Of a DNA stretch of 64,000 nt, positions 27,101 through 39,100 are shown one piece after another (position 1 is the first letter of the stretch; every line of letters starts with the position of its first letter). This stretch comes from Botryllus schlosseri (lineage: Eukaryota), in contig CM119371.1 in NCBI GenBank assembly GCA_051294905.1, positions 32,056,001 to 32,120,000 on the forward strand, given 5' to 3'. The notes under the pieces are model-generated. The model was not told the origin of the DNA and made no database searches. It was given only the letters and a program-made list of their open reading frames with translations. Made by a program: the position numbers and the translations under genes.

Positions 27101-30100
27101 ACTCAAGTAGATTTTTACGGGTGCTCAAGTAGATTTTGCCCGCTTGTAATAATGGCTCGCGGCCACTTGTACTTTTTAAGAGTACTCAAAGTAGATTTTT
27201 AAGAGTACTCAGGTAGATTTTTAAGGGTGCTCAAGTAGATTTTGCCCGCTTGTAATAATGGCTCGCGGCCACTTGTACTTTTTAGGAGTACTCAGGTAGA
27301 TTTTTAAGGGTGCTCAAGTAGATTTTTAAGGCTACTTGTACATTCTAAGACTACTCAAGTAGATTTTTACGGGTGCTCAAGTAGATTTTGCCCGCTTGTA
27401 ATAATGGCTCGCGGCCACTTGTACTTTTTAGGAGTACTCAGGTAGATTTTTAAGGGTGCTCAAGTAGATTTTTAAGGCTACTTGTACATTCTAAGACTAC
27501 TCAAGTAGATTTTTACGGGTGCTCAAGTAGATTTTGCCCGCTTGTAATAATGGCTCGCGGCCACTTGTACTTTTTAAGAGTACTCAAAGTAGATTTTTAA
27601 GAGTACTCAGGTAGATTTTTAAGGGTGCTCAAGTAGATTTTGCCCGCTTGTAATAATGGCTCGCGGCCACTTGTACTTTTTAGGAGTACTCAGGTAGATT
27701 TTTAAGGGTGCTCAAGTAGATTTTTAAGGCTACTTGTACATTCTAAGACTACTCAAGTAGATTTTTACGGGTGCTCAAGTAGATTTTGCCCGCTTGTAAT
27801 AATGGCTCGCGGCCACTTGTACTTTTTAAGAGTACTCAAAGTAGATTTTTAAGAGTACTCAGGTAGATTTTTAAGGGTGCTCAAGTAGATTTTGCCGCTT
27901 GTAATAATGGCTCGCGGCCACTTGTACTTTTTAGGAGTACTCAGGTAGATTTTTAAGGGTGCTCAAGTAGATTTTTAAGGCTACTTGTACATTCTAAGAC
28001 TACTCAAGTAGATTTTACGGGTGCTCAAGTAGATTTTGCCTGCTTGTAATAATGGCTCGCGGCCACTTGTACTTTTTAGGAGTACTCAGGTAGATTTTTA
28101 AGGGTGCTCAAGTAGATTTTTAAGGCTACTTGTACATTCTAAGACTACTCAAGTAGATTTTTACGGGTGCTCAAGTAGATTTTGCCCGCTTGTAATAATG
28201 GCTTGCGGCCACTTGTACTTTTTAGGAGTACTCAGGTAGATTTTTAAGGGTGCTCAAGTAGATTTTTAAGGCTACTTGCACATTCTAAGACTACTCAAGT
28301 AGATTTTTACGGATGCTCAAGTAGATTTTTAAGGCTACTTGCACATTCTAAGACTACTCAAGTAGATTTTTACGGATGCTCAAGTAGATTTTGCCCGCTT
28401 GTAATAATGGCTCGCGGCTACTTGTACTTTTTAAGAGTACTCAGGTAGATTTTTAAGAGTACTCAGGTAGATTTTTAAGGGTGCTCAAGTAGATTTTGCC
28501 CGCTTGTAATAATGGCTCGCGGCTACTTGTACTTTTCAAGAGTACTCAGGTAGATATTTAAGAGTACTCAGGTAGATTTTTAAGGGTGCTCAAGTAGATT
28601 TTTAAGTATATTCAATTTAAAATAACAAGTACATTAATTGAAATAAGATGTGTACTTCGGATTAGAATTTGGAATCTACAAAAAAAATTCTCAAAAAACC
28701 AAAACCCACCCAAAACCTTCCCTGGGGTCCAACGCAATCGACCTTGGCCTGTGTATATTGCCCGCGATCAGCACCGTCCTTTTAGACCCGTCCAGGTGCG
28801 CCACCTCCATCTGGTCCAGGCTGGACTCTATGAAGTAGATCAGCCCCGTCACCCAGTCTATGGCCATGCCCTCGGGCGTGGTCAGGCCCTGGCTTATCAC
28901 GACTTCCTTGTTGGTCATCGTCAGGGTTTTGAATTCCTCTGTAAAATGAGAAAACGTTGACGTTATCAGCGTAAAATACACGTGAATACCGATTTAGATT
29001 GCAATCAGAGGCAGTAGTTTGTGACATATCAATAATTTCAGCTTTTCCAAACTACATTAGAATTAGTACTATACCTACACCTTTTTTACAAATTAGATTA
29101 GAATTAGAGCTACATAGTTTTTAAAAATTGCACTAGAATTACATCAACATATTTTTTCCAAATTAGAAAAGAATTAAAATTACAGCTGCACATTGCTTTC
29201 GAAATTACACTAACATTAGAATGATAACTACACAGTTTTCGAAATTACACTAAAATTAGGATGATAACTACATAGTTTTTCGAAATTATATCACCGTTAG
29301 AATGATAACTACACATTTTTTTTCAAAATTATATTACAATTAATATGATACGTACACATTTTTTCGAAATGATATTACAATTAGAATGATATGCACACAT
29401 TTTTTGAAATTACACTGAAATTAGAATGATAACTACACATTTTATCAAAAATTAGGTTACTATAATTAGAATCATATCTTCACATACTTTTTTTCCAAAT
29501 TAGATTGAAATTAGGATGATAGCTATTAAGTTTCCCAAATTAGATTAGAATTAGAATTATAGCTAGGCCTACATAATTTTTCAGAATTAGAATATAATTA
29601 GAATTATACCAAAATAGTTTTTTCGAATATTTTTGGAAATTAGAATAACTACAGATTTTATCGAAAATTAGGTTACAATTACAATGATATCTATATTTTT
29701 CTTTCCGAATTAGATTAGAATTAGGCTTACAGCAATATAGTTTTTCAAATTGGATAAAATTTAGAATTATATCTACATCCTTTTTTAAATTATATTACAA
29801 TTAGAATGATAACTACACATTTTATCCGTTTTTTATCATTCTAGGTTACAATTAGAATGATAATTGAAATGATATCTAACGTTATTATTTTTTTCAAAGT
29901 AGATTAGAATTAGGACTATAGCTATAAAGTTTATCCAAAGTAGAATATAAATAAAATTGTACCTACATAGTTTTTCCAAATTATATCAAATTTAGAATGA
30001 TATCAACATATTTTTTTCAAATTAGATTACAATTATAATTACAACTACACATTTTTTCCCAAATTAGATTAGAATTAGCTCGTTCTCATAAGCACAAAAA

Positions 30101-33100
30101 TAGCAAATGACAGCTTCCAGTATAAACAGACATATTTGCAGTTTTAGAAACACACAACTTTTACATCAAGAAGGTAACTGGCCGATACCTATACTTATAC
30201 AGAGCCATATATTGACCCGGGCAATAATTACAACATAGCAAAGCTAAGATCGCTGTAAAACAAATAACCTACCATCATAAACCAAGTCTCCACGCACAAT
30301 ATGGTCGTCGACTACGTCTGAATAGTATATCTGATTGTCCTTGTAGTGAAAATCGATGGCTATAATGTGCTGCAGCCTGTTGGCCACTATCGTTGACAGC
30401 AAGTTGTACTCTGGCCCGCTGTCCAGACCCTCCATATCCAAATGAACGCTGAAAAGAGGGTTTTCAATGATGTAATCATATTGAAATAACCCCGAATATC
30501 ATTGGCTGGCACTCGTCAGGGGTAATTGTTCACAACTAGTATAGAATTGGACAGTGTATTCATATTGAAATGAACCCGAATATGTTCGGCTGACACTCGT
30601 CAGGGGTAAACGTCAGCGACTGGTAGAGAATTGGAAAGAACATTGCATATCAACAATCGTATCACAAAATATGACGTCACCAGCATGAAAGAGGCACGAA
30701 TTCACATTAATTTTGAAATATCGAATTGCGAATTTTGCTTGTAAAAAGATACGTTAAAAATTTTTGGTTGAAAAATTTTTCAAATTAATTTTTGTAATAG
30801 TTTTTTGATTGAAAATTGTTTTTAAATAAAAGAAATAAAACCCCTTACCTGCGTATCGTGTGTCGGTTGCTGAACAGCACAAAAGGGGGCGGCCTCGTAT
30901 TCTCGGACCTGCACGTGTGTCGGTCCTTGGCCAAACGCCAGCCGGGGTGACAGCCGCAGTCGTACCCGGGCTCGGCCGGGACACAAATCTGGGTGCATAT
31001 GCCCCTCTGCTTGCAGTAGTCGATATCTGAACGATTCAATAATGCTGGGATTTGATAGATAACTGAGCGTGAAGGGTGATTAAATTATAAATTCGATTTT
31101 TAAAAAAATTAAAATAAAATACTACCGGTAGACTCAATGCGATAAAAACAATATTCAATTTCCTCAGTTTGCTAATATGCAAAAACGGTTCGGCCTAAAT
31201 AAGAATTACAGTTACAGAATTTGTCCAGACTTGGACTAGCTTTAGAATGATCGCTGGTTTTCTTTTTCAAATTAGATTACAATTACAATTATAGCTACAT
31301 AGTTTTTCCAAAATAAAATGGAATTACAACGATAGCTACACAGGTTTTTCAAAGTTGGACCAGAAGTTAACTTATAGGGACATCGTCTTTCGCAATTACA
31401 TTACAATTAGAATTATAGCTATACAATATTTTTTTCAAATTACATTGCAATTAGAATTCCAAATGGGACTAGAATCACAATTATAGCTACAGTTTTTCTC
31501 AAATTAAACAAGAATTACACTGATAGCTACACAGGTTTTGCAAAGTTGGGCTAGAATTAGAATTATAGCTACATATTTTTTTCCAAATTGGACTGGAGTT
31601 AGAAGGATATTTACGGTTTTATTTTCAAAATTAGTCTACAATTACAATTATAGCTACATATTTTTTCCAAATTGGAATGGAATCAGAAAGATAGTTACAG
31701 TTTTATTTTCAAAATTAGACCACAATTACAATTATAGCTACACAGTAGTTCTCTACAATTACAATGATAGCTATATAGGTTTTCTGAAGTTGGACTAGAA
31801 TTAGGATTATTGCTACATATTTTTTCTAAATTACTTTAGAATTAGAATTATAGATACACATTTTATTCCAAATGCAACTAGAATAAAAATCATAGTTACA
31901 CATTTTTTCAAATTAAACTAGAATTACAATGATAGCTACACAGGTTTCTCAAAGTTGGACTAGAATTAAAATTATAGCTACAGATTTTTTTCTAAATTAC
32001 TTTAGAATTAGAATTATAGATACACATTTTATTCCAAATGCAACTAGAATTAAAATGATGGTTACACTTTTTTCAAAATTAGACAAGAATTGAAGTGATA
32101 GCTACAGTTTTTTTTAATCATATTAGAATTATAGCTAGTTTTTCCCAAAATGAACTAGAATTACGACGGTAGCTACACAGATTTTACCAAATTAGATTGG
32201 AATTAGAATCATAGGGAAGGAATTTTTTGCATTTTTTTTTCAAATTATGATTCGAATTAAAATGATAGCTACACATATTTATCCAAATTAGATTACAATT
32301 TAAATTTTTTATAAATTAGATTGGAATTAGAATCATAGCTACATCATTTTTTGCATTCTTTCTTCAATATGAGACTGGAATTAGAACGATAGCAACAGGT
32401 TTTTTTTTCAAATTAGATTAAAAGTATAGCTACAGTTTTTCCCAAATACAAACTAGCATTACACAGACTTTTCAAAATTATTGCTATAATTAATATAATT
32501 AGACAACTAGAATTATCTAGTTGACCAAGTCTGCCGCCGCTGGCTATCTTGATCGCCTCCGTAAATTACTGAAGTTTTGCGTCTTTGAAACAGACGCAAC
32601 TAACTTTCGCACGTCCTCTCGTCATCCTTGAGTTGTTTCCCTTTAGGACACGTGCACTCGAAGCCCTCCGCGTCTTCCTTGCAGCCGTGGCTGCAGTCCC
32701 CGTTTTGGCAGGTGCCCTGGAACCCTGAAATGTATCGAGCTCAGTCAAAATCAGGCTGTGTATAAGATTTTTTGTCGTAGGCGTACATGGTCTTCTATTG
32801 CACATGGTCCAAGGCAGGGTTGTGACCAAGTCGGAAGGTTCCGAGTCACAAGTCAATCTCGCTTTTATAGTTTTGACTCGAGTTAGGTCGATTCATTTTC
32901 AATTCACCACTGACTCAAGTTCGAGTTCAGTTTGGAGTGACTCGAGTTGAGTCATTTTACGAATTTGAAAAAATGACTCGAGTACAAGTCGAGTCAATAC
33001 AAAAATTGACTCGAGTCGAGTAGTTTAACGCATTTGAAAAAATGACTCGAGTACAAGTCGAGTCAATACAAAAATTGACTCGAGTCGAGTGGTTTTACGC

Positions 33101-36100
33101 ATTTGAAAAGTGAATCGAGTACAAGTCGAGTCAATACAAAAATTGACTCGAGTCGAGTCATTTTATGGATTTGAAAATATGACTCGGGTACAAGTTTAAG
33201 TTTTTTTCAACTAAAATTACAATGATAGCTACACAGGTGACTAGAATTCAACTTGCAGATGGATAATTTTTCTAAATTAGATTAGAATTAGAATTTTTCG
33301 AAATTGATTGGAATTAGAATAATACCCACATAATTTTTTGCATTTTTTTAGATCAGACTAAAATTAGAATGTGGCTAGTTTTTTTCAAATTACATTACAA
33401 TTACAATTATAGCTACAGTTTTTTGTAAAATTAAACTAAAATTACACTGATAGCTACACAGCTTTTTCAAAGTCAGACTAGAATTAGAATTATAGCTACA
33501 TAGTTGTTCCTAAATTAAAATTAGACAAATTACATTGGAACAATCAAACAACAAATTTGGCTCAATTCCAGCAAGTATTAGCACTCACAGCAATTCCTTT
33601 CGTCAGATCTGTCGATGCAGTCGTGGACACCGTCGCATTTCGGCACGCAATCGTAGGTCCCGCTGCTAGTCTCGCAGCGGTGCTGGTAAAAGGCGCAAAA
33701 CATTAGAGAATTTGCTTGGGCGGAAAATGAAATGAAGAGGCAAAAGCCAGAGGCAAGCTCGTAGGCCGTTTTAAAACTATGGCGAGGTTGGATACAGCAA
33801 TGCAAATTGGAGTATTTGGTCGTAATAACTAGGGTGATTATTTCAACCTAAAAAACGGAAGATTTTGACCCAAAAAACATGAAAAAAAATTAATTTTGAC
33901 AAAATTTTGACCTCAAATTAGGTGTTTCCGCACATAATGTTAGAATTGCACTACTGATCTTCATTTCTGGTCGGAACTGCGTGTCCTTACGAAGTAGTTT
34001 GGCCTGAAAAAACGTTTTTGGCTCAAAAACTGACAAATTATCACATGAAAAATTGGTATTTTAACAAAAACTGTCCCTATGAAGAAGTCCGGCAGTTACT
34101 CACGTATTATGGTAGAAATAATTAAAATTTGTTGCAGTACAAGGAAAGATACTTTCCTACATTCTTGGGTAGAAAGTGTCTGCGCTTACTCAGATGCTTG
34201 CCAAGAATGGAGAAAGAACGTTCAACAGCAGCAGTTGCTGGCTGACAACACTCAAGTTGTGCGTACACTGCTGGCGACAAACATTGTTACTTCATCCTGA
34301 CAATGTTGTCTGCATCACAATTTCCCAGCTTGCGCTTCATGATGTAAGAACCACGCAATGCCTACGCAGTCTTGCTTCAGTTAGGATATTGCGGTACGTT
34401 CACCAGAAAACCATGTCAACCTATTTGTTTCATTCGACTGTTTATGATTCGCGATGAGCAGACGATGGGCCGTCTACAACGGTAGGCCTATAAAGTAGGC
34501 TGCAAGCTGTAAAATGTCGAATGATAAGTTCACCGACAGTGCAAAATCTACGATACAAACCAAATGTAGAGGTCAAAATAGTTTTGACATGTAAAAAAAT
34601 CGCCCCGGTCAACAACATAAATATGCAAGATTCCGCACACGAATAGAGAACGAAATCGGTGAGTAAAATCCACTTTAATGCCTAAAACAAATGGGTTCCA
34701 CGGACCCCGTGAAAGCAAACGCCAAGCCGTAAAACGAAAACAAAACAAACCATAGAGTTCTGTCTGACTGGATGGCACTCGCAATCGCTTTCGTCCGATT
34801 TATCGTCGCAGTCTGGGTCGTCGTCGCACCACCAAGCCGCGTAGATACAGTGCGACGAATTCTTACATTGCTTTTCGCTATCGGAGCATTTGACTTCTGC
34901 AGAATAGAACGATTCAGGTTGAATTGCGTGTTGGTTAATCTTAAGAATGGAGAAATTTGTGCAGTAAAACATGCTTGGAGGGTGGAAAAGGGGCATTATA
35001 ATATAATAAAATAGAACATAATAAACAAATCAGTAAGTGATTAGACTATAATTACAATAAAAGCTACCTGGTTTTCTCAAATCATTAGAATTAGAATTAT
35101 AGCTTCACGGTTTTTTACCAAATTAGACTAAAATTCAACTCATAGCTGTATAGTTTCTCCAAATTAGATTAGAATTGGTATTATAGCTGCATAGTTTTCA
35201 TAATTTAGAATTAAAGCTACACAGTTCTCGCCAAATTATATCGGAATTAGAATTATGGCGTCAAAGTTTTTGCCAAATTAGACCAGAATTGGAATTGTAG
35301 CTATAGATTTTTCTACAAATTAAATTCGAATTCGAATTATCGCTTCAGTTTTCGCCAAATTAAACTAGGATTAGAATTATAGCTACTCAGTTTTTGCCAA
35401 ATTATATTGGAATTAGAATTACGGCTTCACAATTTTTGACAAATTAGACCAGAATTGGAATTGTGGCTATAGATTTTTTTCCCAAATTAGGTTAGAATTC
35501 GAATTATAGCTTCAGTTTTCGCCAAATTAAACTAGGATTAGAATTATAGCTACTCAGTTTTTGCCAAATTATATTGGAATTAGAATTACGGCTTCACAAT
35601 TTTTGACAAATTAGACCAGAATTGGAATTGTGACTATAGATTTTTTTCCCGAATTAGGTTAGAATTCGAATTATAGCTTCAGTTTTCGTCAAATTAAACT
35701 AGGATTCGAATTATAGCTACTCAGTTTTTGCCAAATTATATCGGAATTAGAATTATGGCTTCACAGTTTTTGCTAAACTAGACCAGAATTGAAATTATAG
35801 TTATAGATTTTTTTCCGAATTAGGTTAGAATTCGAATTATAGCTTCAGTATTCGTCAAATTAAACTACGATTAGAATTATAGCTACTCAGTTTTCGCCAA
35901 ATTATATTGGAATTAGAATTATGGCTTCACAGTTTTTGCCAAATTGGACTGGAATTGGAATTGTAGCCATAGATTTTTTTCCAAATTAGGTTAGAATTCG
36001 AATTATAGCTTCAGTTTTCGCCAAATTATATTGGAATTAGAATTATGGCTGCACAGTTTTTGCCAAATTATATTGGAATTAGAATTATGGCTTCACAGTT

Positions 36101-39100
36101 TTTGCTAAATTAGACCAGAATTGAAATTATAGTTATAGATTTTTTTCCGAATTAGGTTAGAATTCGAATTATAGCTTCAGTATTCGTCAAATTAAACTAG
36201 GATTGGAATCGTAGCTATAGATTTTTGTCCAAATTAGGTTAGAATTCGAATTAGAGCTTCAGTTTTCGCCACATTAAACTAGGATTAGAATTATGGCGTC
36301 ACAGTTTTTGTCAGATTAGACCAGAATTGCAATCGTAGCTATAGAATTTTTTCCAAATGAGGTTAGAATTCGAATTATGGCTTCCAGTTTTCGCCAAATT
36401 AAACTAGGATTCCAATTATAGCTACTCAGTTTTCGCCAAATTATATTGGAATTAGAATTATGGCATCAAAGTTTTTGCCAAATTAGACCAGAATTAGAAT
36501 TGTAGCCATAGATTTTTTTCCAAATTAGGTTAGAATTCGAATTATAGCTTCAGTTTTCGCCAAATTATATTGGAATTAGAATTATGGCTGCACAGTTTTT
36601 GCCAAATTATATTGGAATTAGAATTATGGCTTCACAGTTTTTGCCAAATTAGACTAGAATTGGAATTGTAGCTATGGATATATTTTCCAAATGAGGTTAG
36701 AATTCGAATTATAGCTTCAGTTTTTGCCAAACTAAACTAGGATTAGAATTATAGCTACACAGTTTTGCCAAATTACATTATAAAAAGAGTTATAACTACA
36801 CAGATATTGCCAAACTATATTGGAACTAGAAATATAGCTTCACAGTTTTTGCCAAATTAGACTAGAATTGGAATTGTAGTTATCGATTTTTTTTCCAAAT
36901 TGGATTAAAATTAGACTTCAGGCATTTCTATCTATTTAGTCAATTACACCACTAGTATTAGCCAGTTTTCTAGAGTCTCAAAAATCCCAAAAATTTGCCC
37001 CGCCGATTATCTCACCGTCGCAATTCTCCTCGTCACTGCCGTCCATACAGTCCGGGTCGCCGTCGCACTGCCACCCTTTGGAAATACACCGTCCGCCACC
37101 CACGGCCGCAGAGGCGCCCTGGCCGCACGTAAACTCCTCTTGCGGGTTGCAGGGCCGCGAGGTAGGTATCGTTTCGAAGGTACAGTTGCTCTCGTCCGAG
37201 CCGTCCTCTGGCAAGAGATAGTAATAGTTCAGACTCATACTCGGAACAAGAGGTAGTCCGTAAGGGAGTATTTTCCCAGAGCATACTTGCAATATTCACC
37301 ACTTCAACAGAGTCAGAAAAAAACTATTTTTTCAAAATTTTGCACCTTTCTGATAAAATTTTCAGGTCACTGGTTAAAAAAATGTGGCACACCAATTTTG
37401 GTTCAATTTTAGCTACAAGTGTTTAAAAAGTTTTGATTTATTATAAAATTATATTTTTAAAATTTTACTGTCAAGCCAAACGAAATTGTACAGTTTTCTG
37501 AGCAAAAACTACGCAAAAAAAAACTTTACGTAAATTAAAACCCATAGAAATTATTTCAATAATTCTAGAATTATCCACAGTCAGCGATCAGAGGGTCGAG
37601 TTCGAGTCATGGTATCTCGAGTCATATGACTTGGTTCGAGTCATACGCAATGACTCGAGTCGAGTCAATTCACAATTTTTCAAAAATGACTCGAGTCAAG
37701 TCGAGTCATCAGAAAATCGTGACTTGAGTCGTTGCAATCCTGGTAGCCAGAAAGAAAATGTATTTATTTTTTTATATTAAATTAAAAAATTTCTTAAATT
37801 CCAGCTTCCACAGTCATAATCGAGCCAACTTTGGCGTGCAGCATTTTTTCAGCAAACCTAACAATTTTATCCAGTAATATTGGAAGAAATCAGTTATTTT
37901 TGAACGGACCTATTGCGCATATCCCTGCTCATAGTGAATCAAAGCTTAAAAAACCCTGCGTCTTCAAATAGGTTTTCCTGGTAAGGTTCCTCTCAGAGGT
38001 AAAAGAATACTGGTCACTCACTGCAGTCTGAAGATCCATCACATCTCCACCAGTTGGGAATGCATTCTCCGCCGTAACAGCGAAAGAATGACGTAGACTC
38101 GCATTCGTAAGTGCACCCTGAAAACAAACGAACACAGTACACTTGCCTGGTCGCAAATAAAAACACTCCGACGGACTTTGAAACATTCAGGAATGGCGGA
38201 TTTCACCATCATACGTGGCAGGGATGTTTGAAAATGAAGGATGACACCAGAAAAATATAGAATCTTACCATATCTCATGAGAATTTCGCCGTTAAAAGTG
38301 CTGCGAACTTACCCTTAAAGCTACATTCCGGTTTTATTTGCAAGTTTTAAAAACTGATTAGTTCTAGTTGTAGTTGCATATCTTCAAAAGTGAGTAGTTC
38401 TAGTTTTAGTTGTAGTTGCGAATTTTGGAAAGTGAGTGGTTCCAAATCTAGTTCTAGTTCTGGTTCTAGTTCTAGTCTTAACAAGGTCATAGTTCAAGTT
38501 CTCGTTTTAGTTCCAATTCTAGTTCTGGTTCTAGTTCTAGTTCTAGTCTTAACAAGGTCATAGTTCAAGTTCTAGTTCTAGTTCTAATTCTAATTCTGGT
38601 TCTAATTCTAGTTCTAGTCGTAACCAGGGAGTAGTTCAAGTTCTAGTTCTAGTTCTAATTCTAGTTTTGGTTCTAGTTCTAGTTCTAGTCTTAACAGGGT
38701 CCTAGTTCAAGTTCTAGTTGCAGTTCTAATTCTAGTTCTAATTCTAGTTCTAGTTCTAATTCTAGTTCTGGTTCTAATTCTAGTTCTAGTCTTAACCAGG
38801 GAGTAATTCATGTTTTAGTTATAGTTCTAATTCTAATTCTGGTTCTGGTTCTGGTTCTAGTTATAGTCTTAGCAAGGTCATATTTCAAGTTCTAGTTGCA
38901 GTTCTAATTCTAATTCTAGTTCTAGTTCTAGTTCTAGTTCTAGTTCTAATTCTGGTTCTAATTCTAGTCTTAACCAGGAAGTAGCTCAAGTTACAGTTCT
39001 AATTCTAGTTCTAGTCCTAGTCTTAACAAGGTCATAGTTCAAGTTCTAGTTCTAATTCTAGTTCTGGTTCTAGTTCTAGTCTTAACAAGGTCATAGTTCA

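Noticed and set aside
26690..28640. Regularly spaced repeats resembling a CRISPR array
   Set aside because: The intervening sequences are themselves repeated rather than unique spacers, there are no cas genes, and the context is a eukaryotic intron.
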